In this document: positions 9,201-17,846 of the stretch, piece by piece
How positions within the stretch are numbered: position 1 is the stretch's first letter
Layout: every line of letters starts with the position of its first letter
Source of the DNA: a virus
Taxonomy: Duplodnaviria; Caudoviricetes
Virus record (IMG/VR): IMGVR_UViG_3300042451_000960
DNA length: 64,000 nucleotides
Direction: 5' to 3' (one strand)
Notes under the pieces: generated by a model
What the model was told of the DNA's origin: nothing
Database searches by the model: none
Seen by the model: the letters and a program-made list of their open reading frames with translations, nothing else
Made by a program: the position numbers and the translations under genes

Positions 9201-9232
9201 CAAATATACAAAAAAAATCCCAAACTACCAAA
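9201..9232 (-). promoter_or_regulatory. Bacteroidota sigma70-type promoter of the PolA-like gene
   Basis: TTTG at 9232-9229, 20-nt spacer, TATATTTG at 9208-9201, ATG 5 nt downstream. Confidence 0.75.
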
Positions 9233-9250
9233 TAATAGTTCGGGATTTTG
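9211..9250 (-). terminator. Rho-independent terminator after the tmRNA
   Basis: Minus RNA AAAAUCCCGAACUA-loop-UAGUUUGGGAUUUU followed by a U run, directly after the CCA end. Confidence 0.8.
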
Positions 9251-9640
9251 TGGTGGAGATGACCGGACTCGAACCGGTGTCTTACGAAGTAACCACAATA
9301 CCAGCTTTTCACACGTTTAGGATAAGGTTTAATCTTATTCACCTTCCAAAATAATTGGGGCCGAATGGTTAGTTCAGCGCTACCACCAACAGGTCCGGAT
9401 TTTAAGAGGCGATCTGTAATCCTCTCTTTTGTTCACTTCTATTTAAATTCCACGAGTGATGCGGAAGGGATTAGGCTGCTACAGCGTAATCAGCACCTAC
9501 GAATGCCATAACGTCATCGAAGGTCCAAGTAGATAATTCTACGTCATTTATTGTTTGATTCCGAGATTTAAGTGGTTTGAGAACCTTCCCACTACGTGTG
9601 ATACTATGTTTCGCATCGCAATCAATTCCAAAACATCCCC
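9251..9640 (-). ncRNA. ssrA: tmRNA (one-piece, 390 nt), tag (A)DVELSTWTFDDVMAFVGADYAVAA*
   Basis: 5' GGGGATG pairs with 3' CATCTCC-ACCA including the G3:U alanine determinant; T-arm ACCGG-TTCGAGT-CCGGT; ATAAAT precedes resume codon GAC at 9545; tag ends YAVAA-TAA at 9471. Confidence 0.93.
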
Positions 9641-9653
9641 ATATCAATAAATA

Positions 9654-9685
9654 CAAATATAAGAAAAAATATTTAGATTTCCAAA
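9654..9685 (-). promoter_or_regulatory. Bacteroidota sigma70-type promoter of the tmRNA, abutting a TATTTAT late motif
   Basis: TTTG at 9685-9682, 20-nt spacer, TATATTTG at 9661-9654; TATTTAT at 9653-9647. Confidence 0.75.
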
Positions 9686-10380
9686 TTAAAATTAATTACA
9701 CATCGGTGTTTTTTACCATAAAAAGGTTTTACCGAATGAACTATATCATTTGGCCATAACATTAACATTCCTTGTTTAGGTCTTACAAAATGTGACATAC
9801 CTCTTAGGTGAAAACAAAATGCTCCGCTGTATGGGTGGTCTTTTAGCGGTTCACCATCACTTAGATAATATCCACCACTAAACCCAACTTTAGGTTCTTC
9901 ATCGGATTTCCAACGGCAGTGATTATGTTGGTTGTGTCCCCTACCCTCATATGGGTCATAATATTGTATCCAACTTTCGGTTATTTTACATTGATGATTG
10001 TGCGGTATTTCCAGAGAATCTAAAAGTTCAAAAAAACTATCTTCAATTCTTTTTCTGATTATTTTTACACCTTCGTTTTCATCATCCAAAAAATTATTTG
10101 GTGGTGTATGAAATCTACTACCTATTGGATTAAATTCAGTATCTTCAACCCACATATCACTATTATCGTTTGTTTCATATGTTGCCTGCCTTTGTTCATC
10201 ATATCTTTCAGGCAATTCCTGCCCCATTTTCTTTTCTGTTTTGTTTAATTTATTATAACCATAAACATAGACCGAATCATGCAATTGTTTATCATCGTAT
10301 TCTTTACGAAGAACTGGAATAGGAGCTAGATAATAAAGATTATCTTTGTCCGATTTAATTAGTGGTTGTTTGAAGTTCAT
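9673..10380 (-). CDS. 2OG-Fe(II) oxygenase (TIGR02466-like)
   Basis: ITESWIQYY, HNQHNH, FSGGYYL, RPKQGMLMLWPNDIVHSVKP and HRCVINFN form the DSBH oxygenase pattern with distal His and Arg. Confidence 0.8.
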   Translation of the reverse strand: MNFKQPLIKSDKDNLYYLAPIPVLRKEYDDKQLHDSVYVYGYNKLNKTEKKMGQELPERYDEQRQATYETNDNSDMWVEDTEFNPIGSRFHTPPNNFLDDENEGVKIIRKRIEDSFFELLDSLEIPHNHQCKITESWIQYYDPYEGRGHNQHNHCRWKSDEEPKVGFSGGYYLSDGEPLKDHPYSGAFCFHLRGMSHFVRPKQGMLMLWPNDIVHSVKPFYGKKHRCVINFNLEI

Positions 10381-11149
10381 GATATAAATAAATTTCTTTT
10401 TTTACTCGTTCACCAACATATTGGTTTATCGTTTTGAAAGCCCAATCCATATTTGGTAAGTTCACATCTTTTTCTTTTCCTCTTATTACAAATGGTTCAT
10501 ACTTTAATACATATTCCTCTAGTGAACAATTTGAAAATAACCACATAGCAAATTCTTCAATACAAGTATCTAAATTATTGTCAACCATTAGTTTATGTAA
10601 CTCGGATGCTGAATTAGTTTTGTTTGAATAAAAGAAACAAAAGTTTGGTAAAACATATAAATCATCTGTTTGCCAACTGTATTTTTTTAGTCCCTCTATA
10701 TGATACTTTAAAAATTCATCTATGTGATTTGTAAGAGTTCCTCTTTGTTTGTAGTATTCTAAAATATCATTTCTATAATTTTTGTTATAGGCATATATTG
10801 GACATTGTATATTATTTCCACTTCGTATTAATTGCCAAAAATTATTATCAATGTTTTTAACAACACCAACATCCCAATCTAAAAAAAGGTATTCATCAAA
10901 CATTTCCTCAGCCATCTTTATTACTTCCAATTTATGACCATAATGTTTTAAATGATTATCATATACATTTTCCAAAGTTTCATCATAGCCAATAAGTTTA
11001 GTTTGGTATCCTAAATTTTTTAGAAATTGTTCATTTTTAATTCCATATACAAAAACTAATTCATCTTTGAATATAGGTGATTTAGGAATTTCTTTATGAA
11101 TAGCAAAATTCTTGCCCCAAAGTGCTCGTATAACTTTAATTGGTTTCAT
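10355..11149 (-). CDS. DxD-motif protein, GT-A glycosyltransferase-like (paralog of 14860..15624)
   Basis: KLEVIKMA...EYLFLDWDV, PNFCFFY, EEFAMW; colinear with 14860..15624 by eye. Confidence 0.6.
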   Translation of the reverse strand: MKPIKVIRALWGKNFAIHKEIPKSPIFKDELVFVYGIKNEQFLKNLGYQTKLIGYDETLENVYDNHLKHYGHKLEVIKMAEEMFDEYLFLDWDVGVVKNIDNNFWQLIRSGNNIQCPIYAYNKNYRNDILEYYKQRGTLTNHIDEFLKYHIEGLKKYSWQTDDLYVLPNFCFFYSNKTNSASELHKLMVDNNLDTCIEEFAMWLFSNCSLEEYVLKYEPFVIRGKEKDVNLPNMDWAFKTINQYVGERVKKEIYLYHELQTTTN

Positions 11150-11840
11150 CTATTTTTTTTATTATATTTTCAAATATACCATAATGGCCGTTTTCATCGG
11201 GATGGCTATCATATGGAACTTCATTTGGTCTACTATCTCCTAATGTAAATTTATTTTCAACACCCCAATCTAAAATAGAATTATTATTTTTATTTTTTTT
11301 AATAGGAAAAACAATTTTATTTGGATTTTTATATTTTTCAAATCCATCATCTAAAAATAATAAACAATAGTTTACACCAACTTTATTTTTTAAAAATTCT
11401 AAAGTATTTACAACTCTGTTAAATTTGTGAAATTTAGTATGACATACCCAACCATCCATATAATCCAATAATATTTCCAATTGCTTATCCGATACTTTAT
11501 ATGTAGTTCTTCCCTTACCCCATCTATCCAATATCCAAGCAAATCTTTTTAAATCTTTAGTTAATGCTGCTGTTGTGAAATATAGTGAATCGTCATTCAC
11601 CATATATCCTTCTCTATCCGATGATGTAAATTGATAAACAATCAAATCATCTTTTTCAAAATTTTTTAAATCATTTGTTAATCGTAAATAAGCTTCATTA
11701 TGGCATGTTGCAGAATCTGCTCTATTAATATATTCAACATTAAAATGTTTTGATAATAAATTTGGGTAAATGTTTTCTTCACCTATCCAAAAGTTTACAG
11801 AAAAAGAACAACCATATATGTAAATTTTATTTACATTCAT
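11136..11840 (-). CDS. SGNH/GDSL-like hydrolase or acyltransferase
   Basis: YIYGCSFS (block I nucleophile), INRADSATCHNE, DSHPDENGH (block V). Confidence 0.65.
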   Translation of the reverse strand: MNVNKIYIYGCSFSVNFWIGEENIYPNLLSKHFNVEYINRADSATCHNEAYLRLTNDLKNFEKDDLIVYQFTSSDREGYMVNDDSLYFTTAALTKDLKRFAWILDRWGKGRTTYKVSDKQLEILLDYMDGWVCHTKFHKFNRVVNTLEFLKNKVGVNYCLLFLDDGFEKYKNPNKIVFPIKKNKNNNSILDWGVENKFTLGDSRPNEVPYDSHPDENGHYGIFENIIKKIDETN

Positions 11841-12531
11841 TTTTTATAAATTTTAAAATTTTAGAAGCTATATGGTATTGAGCTTTTTCGTTTGGGTGAG
11901 TATCCCATTTAGGTCTAATTGGATTTGAATCTGCTATTGTTAAATTATTCATAACTACCCAATCTCTTATAGATACACTTTTTGAATTTGTTTCTATTGG
12001 AAATTCTATATAATTGTTTGTGCAAAATTTTTGAAAATAATTATCTAAAAACAACATAACATAGTTTACATTATATTTTTCTTTTAAAAATTCCAAAGTA
12101 TTGTGTACAATATTATATTTGTAAAATAGAGAATGCTTTTCCCAAACATTATTATAATCCAATAATTTAATTAAATCAGAATCAGATATTTCATACTTTT
12201 CTCTACCAACTCCCCACTCATTTAAAACTAAAGTATTCATATCTATATCTTCTGTTAATAAAGATGTTGTTATATATAAAGAATCGTTATTTACCCAATA
12301 ACCACCTCTATCTAATGCTGTAAATTGGTATATAATAAAATCCCCTTCATTAAATAATTCAAAATCTTTAGTAAGTCTATGATATATTTCGTTATTACAT
12401 ATTGCCGGCTCGGCTCTTCTTATGTAATCACATCGCAATTGTTTGGAAACTAAAGCTGTATAAGTTTGTTCTTCATTAATCCACCAATCAGATGAAAACG
12501 AGCAACCATATGTATATAACTTATTTATCAT
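11827..12531 (-). CDS. SGNH/GDSL-like hydrolase or acyltransferase (tandem paralog)
   Basis: YTYGCSFS, IRRAEPAICNNE, DTHPNEKAQ; both paralogs are 234 aa. Confidence 0.65.
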   Translation of the reverse strand: MINKLYTYGCSFSSDWWINEEQTYTALVSKQLRCDYIRRAEPAICNNEIYHRLTKDFELFNEGDFIIYQFTALDRGGYWVNNDSLYITTSLLTEDIDMNTLVLNEWGVGREKYEISDSDLIKLLDYNNVWEKHSLFYKYNIVHNTLEFLKEKYNVNYVMLFLDNYFQKFCTNNYIEFPIETNSKSVSIRDWVVMNNLTIADSNPIRPKWDTHPNEKAQYHIASKILKFIKNECK

Positions 12532-12532
12532 A

Positions 12533-12646
12533 TTAATGTGGGTATGTGAATGGGTCTCTTTTTTTGAGCTCTTTTATTTTTGTTTTCAATCTTTTTCTAG
12601 TTTGATATTTTTTTATTTTTTCAAATATCCATTTTAAAATTCTCAT
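12533..12646 (-). CDS. 37-aa basic peptide MRILKWIFEKIKKYQTRKRLKTKIKELKKRDPFTYPH (below the ORF-track cutoff)
   Basis: Manual translation; ATG 3 nt after the carbamoyltransferase stop and TAA 1 nt before the SGNH ATG, exactly filling the gap. Confidence 0.75.
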   Translation of the reverse strand: MRILKWIFEKIKKYQTRKRLKTKIKELKKRDPFTYPH

Positions 12647-12649
12647 ACA

Positions 12650-14332
12650 TTAATGTTTATATATAATAAAATTTCCAATAATTAACAAATCAATATCACT
12701 GTTTAAATATGAATCTACTGCGTTTTTTGGTGTCAAAACCATAGGTCTATCTTTTGTATTAAATGATGTATTTAAAAGAATAGGATGATTCGATAATATT
12801 TCAAATTCTAATAATAGTTTGTGAAACAATGTATTTTTATTTACACTTTGTATTCTAGCTGTTCCATCTACATTTGATACTTCTTTTAAAAGTTTTTTAT
12901 ATTTTCTTTTAACATTAACAATTTTATTCATATATGGTACATCACCAATTGTATTAAAATATTCATTTTGTTTTTCTACAATTACTGCAGGTGCCAATGG
13001 TCTAAAATTTTCTCTTTGTTTTATAATATTATTTATTTTATCTTTTACACCATTTATAAAAGGATTTGCCAATATTGAACGATTTCCCAATGCTCTTTGT
13101 CCAAATTCATTGTGTCCGTGATACCACCCAATTATCTTACCTTCCCATAATAATTTTGCAACAACCTTTAACATTTTTTCTTCAGATGTAAATTGTTTGT
13201 ATTTCAGTTTTCCTATTGCTTCGATTACATTATTATACAAATACGAAGGACCTAAAAATGGGTTTGGTGTTATTTTATATACTTTATTTTTAGAAGCCAA
13301 ATAATTTAAACAAGCTCCAACACAAGAACCAGCATCGGATGGTGCTACTGGTATCCACAATTTTTTGTATTTTGTTCTTTTTAAAATTTTTCCATTTGCC
13401 AAACCATTGTATGCACAACCACCCCCTAATATTAAGTTTTTTATTTCATATTTTTTGTACAAATCATTAAGAATTTTAATTAATATGTTTTCATAGTTTA
13501 GTTGTACAGCTGCAGCCAAATCTTTATGAATTTGAACTATTGGTAAATTTGTATCTTTGGGTTCTATTTCCAACAATTCGCATAACTTAACATTAAACAT
13601 TGAAGAATCTTCTCTATCCCAACAAAAAACTTTCATATTGCATTTTAATGTACCATTTTCATAAGATATTAATTTTTTTACTTTATCCATATAAACATTT
13701 GGATTACCATAAGCTGCCAATCCCATTACCTTATACTCACCTTCATTTGGTTTGAATCCTAAAAATGCAGTCATCGCTGAATAAAATAAACCCAACGAAT
13801 GTGGATACTCTGCAATTGTGTTTTTTTCAGGGACACCATTTTCTATTGTACAAAAAGTTGTTGTATCAAATTCACCAACACCATCTACACTTAAACCTAT
13901 CGCATTATCAAAATTTGAAGTATAATAAGAATAAAATAGATGGGAATTATGATGGTCTGAATAAAATACGTTTTTAGATACTAATTCTAAATTGTTTTTA
14001 CAAGTTATCATTTTTATTTTAAAGCCGATTATAGACTTTACACAATACCAAAAACTTCTATACCAATTATTTTTAAAATTTTGAATTAATCTTTTGTATT
14101 TAAGTTTTGGGTCTTCATAATAACACACTACGTCAATATCTTTTTTTGATAATTTATATGTTTTAAAAATATATCGTATTGAATTAAATGGAAATGAACT
14201 ATCATGCTTTTTGCCTGTAAATTTTTCTTCTTCGCAGGCAAATATTAATTCGCCATTTTTAAACAGGCATGCAGATGAGTCGTGATAATAAGCCGATACT
14301 CCAATTATATAACTATTTTTTTTGGTATCCAT
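12650..14332 (-). CDS. O-carbamoyltransferase (NodU/CmcH/TobZ family)
   Basis: IGVSAYYHDSSACL, DHHNSH, VDGVGE, SLGLFYSAMTAFLGFKPNEGEYKVMGLAAYG, GGGCAYN, SDAG, EFGQRALGNRSILANP, RENFRPLAP, LLNTSFN. Confidence 0.95.
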   Translation of the reverse strand: MDTKKNSYIIGVSAYYHDSSACLFKNGELIFACEEEKFTGKKHDSSFPFNSIRYIFKTYKLSKKDIDVVCYYEDPKLKYKRLIQNFKNNWYRSFWYCVKSIIGFKIKMITCKNNLELVSKNVFYSDHHNSHLFYSYYTSNFDNAIGLSVDGVGEFDTTTFCTIENGVPEKNTIAEYPHSLGLFYSAMTAFLGFKPNEGEYKVMGLAAYGNPNVYMDKVKKLISYENGTLKCNMKVFCWDREDSSMFNVKLCELLEIEPKDTNLPIVQIHKDLAAAVQLNYENILIKILNDLYKKYEIKNLILGGGCAYNGLANGKILKRTKYKKLWIPVAPSDAGSCVGACLNYLASKNKVYKITPNPFLGPSYLYNNVIEAIGKLKYKQFTSEEKMLKVVAKLLWEGKIIGWYHGHNEFGQRALGNRSILANPFINGVKDKINNIIKQRENFRPLAPAVIVEKQNEYFNTIGDVPYMNKIVNVKRKYKKLLKEVSNVDGTARIQSVNKNTLFHKLLLEFEILSNHPILLNTSFNTKDRPMVLTPKNAVDSYLNSDIDLLIIGNFIIYKH

Positions 14333-14873
14333 TTGGTGCTATGTTTGAAACAAATTTATTGGTTTGTACAAATACAGGTTCATCTACAAATTTAAAATTA
14401 AGATGATTAATTTTTGCTAACTCCCAATCATATGCCTGAGTAATTTTCGTTTTGGAAAAATGTTCTAATATACTTTCTGCTCCTTTATAAGAAACAAAAT
14501 AAGCATAACATCCAAATTTTGTTCCTAAACTAAATAAATCAAACTCATCGAAATTTATAGAATTCCAATCAAATGAGTTTACAATATCTATATCATCCTC
14601 AATAACCAATAAATTTGTTTTAGATTTTACTGCCATATTAAGTAAACTAATATGACTCATAAAAGTTGCCATCACTGCTTTATCATCAATATTCCATTCG
14701 TGAAAATCGGTATGTGAAAAATATGCATTTTTTATAACTTCAGTAATATCTTCGGAAGTTACCGCATTAAAAAAATCAAAATTCAATCCTATCTTATCTT
14801 TTATTGATAGCATCCAATCTCTACGTTCTTTATCCCTTCTTAATGATATTACATATGTTTTAAAGATGTTCAA
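14313..14873 (-). CDS. Glycosyltransferase family 25
   Basis: TYVISLRRDKERR...FFNAV...FMSHISLL...LVIEDDI. Confidence 0.85.
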   Translation of the reverse strand: MNIFKTYVISLRRDKERRDWMLSIKDKIGLNFDFFNAVTSEDITEVIKNAYFSHTDFHEWNIDDKAVMATFMSHISLLNMAVKSKTNLLVIEDDIDIVNSFDWNSINFDEFDLFSLGTKFGCYAYFVSYKGAESILEHFSKTKITQAYDWELAKINHLNFKFVDEPVFVQTNKFVSNIAPNGYQKK

Positions 14874-15624
14874 AATATATTTCTTTTTTTAATGTTTTTA
14901 ATTTATACTTTTCTAAATCATTTTCTTCTTCGTTCCACCAATCATAACCATGTTGTTTTGCGCCAATAACTAATGGTTCATAGTTTTTTATGTAACTATC
15001 AAAATCTGCATTTGAAAATATAAATACTGATAATTCATCTGGAACAGTTTGTAATTTATACTCATCTATTATTTCTAATAAATCTTCTACTATTGTTTTA
15101 TCGGCACAATAAAAAAATCCGGTGTTTGGTATTATATAATTACCCTCTTTTGTGTAGGAGTATTTTTCTATAAACAATTTTAGTTTTTTAAAAAACTTTT
15201 GCATTAAATCATCTTTAATATTATTCAATAAATAATCAAATGCTTTGGTTGGATAGGTGTATAATGGAACTTGTAAATCACATTCTCTATCTCTTAGTAA
15301 TTTATAAAAGTTATCATCAATTTCTTTTATCTTTCTAACATCCCAATCTAAAAAAACAATTTCGGAATATGTTTCCATTGCTATATCAATTCCTTTTATT
15401 TTGTGAATCAAACTTCTATGATGTTTAAACGTATGTGCATTAGCTATTGTATAATCGTATGGTTGCATATCTATCAAATCACAATTGTATCCCAACTCTT
15501 TTAGCTTAACATAGTTATCGTATCCCCATACAAATACCTTTTCATCTAAATTATCTTTTTTAGCTTCAATAATTTGTTTTTCGTATCTATTATAATCTCC
15601 CCAAAATATTCTTATAAACTGCAT
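14860..15624 (-). CDS. DxD-motif protein, GT-A glycosyltransferase-like (paralog of 10355..11149)
   Basis: HKIKGIDIA...EIVFLDWDV, PNTGFFY, DELSVF. Confidence 0.6.
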   Translation of the reverse strand: MQFIRIFWGDYNRYEKQIIEAKKDNLDEKVFVWGYDNYVKLKELGYNCDLIDMQPYDYTIANAHTFKHHRSLIHKIKGIDIAMETYSEIVFLDWDVRKIKEIDDNFYKLLRDRECDLQVPLYTYPTKAFDYLLNNIKDDLMQKFFKKLKLFIEKYSYTKEGNYIIPNTGFFYCADKTIVEDLLEIIDEYKLQTVPDELSVFIFSNADFDSYIKNYEPLVIGAKQHGYDWWNEEENDLEKYKLKTLKKEIYFEHL

Positions 15625-16541
15625 AACATTTTTATTTCTTTATTATAACGATTACAATACTCTAACATCATTTCTTTATCATCGTTAAAATGTGCTTTTA
15701 AATACCAAAGATGCTCCCAACTAAATTTATCTACATTATCCGTGTCAATAAATTGAAACCAAGGTTCTGACATTCCTTTGTATCTTTGTGTTGAATCGGT
15801 GTGGTCACTATCACTTAAAAATACTCTATTTGTAATTGTACCCACATTGTAGTTACCTTCTCTTATACAATGTCCTAATATACCTTGGTCTGTCATTAAC
15901 CAAAACCATTCAGGAACTTCAACCCCTTTATTATCAACCAATTTAGAATGTGCATTAACATATTCTTTAACCAAATTCAAATTATTAAAATACATAAATG
16001 ATGTATTTGGCGTTAATGAGTTACAATTATAGTTTTCAGGAAAGCGGCAATGTTTAATTTCTTTCTGAAATTGGTATTTGGTAAAATAATAATATCCTCT
16101 TGGTATTTCCCAATATCCTATTATTAAGTCAAATTGTTTTAATCTATATTCATTTATTTTTTCCCTTACAATAAAATCATTATCTATAAAAACAAATGGC
16201 TCAGTTTCATATTGTAAACAATTTATTTTACCACTTGTCCAAAAATATGCAGCATCTACATCATTGTAATTATCTAATATATCAGTATCAACTTCATCAT
16301 AAAGTTCTAACAAACCAATCGCATCATAATATGCTTTACCAATACTATCGGTGTACAATTTTATAGGCCCATTCCACTTTTTCCAATTTAATATTGAAAG
16401 TTTAGTAACTAATATTTGATAAGTTGGTAATGAATACTCTTTTGATTTGTTGTTTTTAAAAACTTTAAATCCATGTCCTCGTAACCTATCTTTTTCAAAA
16501 AATGGTTTAGTCCAATTTATATGTATTGCTTTTATTGACAT
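15612..16541 (-). CDS. DUF6734-like DxD protein, putative GT-A fold
   Basis: LSILNWKKWNGPIKLYTD...FWTSGKI...EPFVFIDNDF...PNTSFMYF...DQGIL. Confidence 0.55.
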   Translation of the reverse strand: MSIKAIHINWTKPFFEKDRLRGHGFKVFKNNKSKEYSLPTYQILVTKLSILNWKKWNGPIKLYTDSIGKAYYDAIGLLELYDEVDTDILDNYNDVDAAYFWTSGKINCLQYETEPFVFIDNDFIVREKINEYRLKQFDLIIGYWEIPRGYYYFTKYQFQKEIKHCRFPENYNCNSLTPNTSFMYFNNLNLVKEYVNAHSKLVDNKGVEVPEWFWLMTDQGILGHCIREGNYNVGTITNRVFLSDSDHTDSTQRYKGMSEPWFQFIDTDNVDKFSWEHLWYLKAHFNDDKEMMLEYCNRYNKEIKMLCSL

Positions 16542-17398
16542 AGTTTATGTAACAATGGAAGTAATTCTGGATTATGTTGTTTTGTTAATCCTATTATTTC
16601 ACCTTTTATAATTAAAAATTTGTTAGTTCCTTCTGTTGCATACATTTTCTCAACACTTAAATGTCTATAATATTCTTCTGTTTGTTTTGGACTTAAAAAT
16701 CCCTCTATTATTTCTGGGTCACATTTTCCCGTAACATCGTTAAACTTTTGATTCATTAACAAATTCCAATTCCAATTATTTACCAATGCTAACTCATATA
16801 ATATTGTTTGTTCCAAAAATACACTATGCCCTTGTGTTAATTCTTTATCATTAATTTGCTTCATATATGAAAGACACATATCCGTATATTTTTTTGCAAC
16901 ATCCGAATTTCTTACATAAAAAAAGCATGTGTTATGTGCCGTATCTTTAAATGTAAACTCTTTTGGAAAATTTAATTCTTTAAAAGTCTTATCGTAATAT
17001 GGTGGATAGTAATTTTTTGTGTTTTCTGCAAAAGCACAAACATAATCATAATTAGTATAGTCCGATAATCTTTTTTTAATGTAGAAATCCATATCCATAA
17101 AAGTAAATGGAGTTTCTAAATGTTGAAACAATCGTATTTTATCAATTGTCCAAAAAGCTTTACGATTATAAATGTCTTGGGTTTGGTGAATGGATGTATC
17201 TACGTTATCCCAAAATTGAAGTAAATCAACTTCGGTAAGATATTTTTTTACCGATTCATCACAATACAAATAGGTTGGAACTTCTGGGTAGAATTTTTTC
17301 CACAAAGTAATTGATGCAAATACAGTTATAAGTTCTAACTTTGAAAATTTAAAAGATTTGGTCCAATCATTATTTCCATACGCCCATACAGCTTTCAT
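16532..17398 (-). CDS. DUF6734-like DxD protein, putative GT-A fold (paralog of 15612..16541)
   Basis: ASITLWKKFYPEVPTYLYCD...FWTIDKI...TPFTFMDMDF...HNTCFFY...EQTIL. Confidence 0.55.
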   Translation of the reverse strand: MKAVWAYGNNDWTKSFKFSKLELITVFASITLWKKFYPEVPTYLYCDESVKKYLTEVDLLQFWDNVDTSIHQTQDIYNRKAFWTIDKIRLFQHLETPFTFMDMDFYIKKRLSDYTNYDYVCAFAENTKNYYPPYYDKTFKELNFPKEFTFKDTAHNTCFFYVRNSDVAKKYTDMCLSYMKQINDKELTQGHSVFLEQTILYELALVNNWNWNLLMNQKFNDVTGKCDPEIIEGFLSPKQTEEYYRHLSVEKMYATEGTNKFLIIKGEIIGLTKQHNPELLPLLHKLCQ

Positions 17399-17413
17399 AA
17401 CATTTATTTATAA

Positions 17414-17842
17414 CTATGCAAAATACGCTCTTAAATTAAGAACTCCACTTTGATTCCAATTCACATTTGGGGCAGAGCCATACGAAAATACACCACCACC
17501 TTCATAAAACCAATATTGAAAATTATAAGGATATATACCTTGTGCATATATTGATGTGTAAGGATAATCTCCACTTCTAAACCATGGGCTTAAATAACTA
17601 CCAAAAATTTGACCGCTATTAACTGGGTAAGTCATTTGAACCCATCCCCTAGAACCATCATCAGGCATTATCCTATATCTCCACAATCCTTGGTTTTGGA
17701 ATGCACTTAAGCTTCTAAATCCAACACTATAAGGATATACCGTATCCTTAATAGTTTCTATATCAATATTAGGTCCACCATATCCAAACCCATCTCTAAG
17801 CGTAGACATTGGAACAGAACTACCTATACTAAAATTTGCCAT
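17414..17842 (-). CDS. Small aromatic/Gly-rich hypothetical protein, possibly virion-associated
   Basis: 142 aa rich in Y/F/W/G; N-terminal VPMSTLRDGFG...SLSAFQN resembles the short helical caps of fibre-associated proteins. Confidence 0.6.
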   Translation of the reverse strand: MANFSIGSSVPMSTLRDGFGYGGPNIDIETIKDTVYPYSVGFRSLSAFQNQGLWRYRIMPDDGSRGWVQMTYPVNSGQIFGSYLSPWFRSGDYPYTSIYAQGIYPYNFQYWFYEGGGVFSYGSAPNVNWNQSGVLNLRAYFA

Positions 17843-17846
17843 TTAA

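Noticed and set aside
9251-9285. Stand-alone tRNA gene
   Set aside because: The T-arm and CCA belong to the tmRNA; its acceptor partner is 390 nt away and there is no anticodon arm.
9196-9342. 49-aa N-terminal extension of the PolA-like ORF
   Set aside because: Overlaps the tmRNA 3' end, terminator and promoter; ATG at 9195 fits better.
9471-9656. 61-aa minus-strand ORF
   Set aside because: It is the tmRNA 5' domain plus the tag reading frame, not an independent gene.
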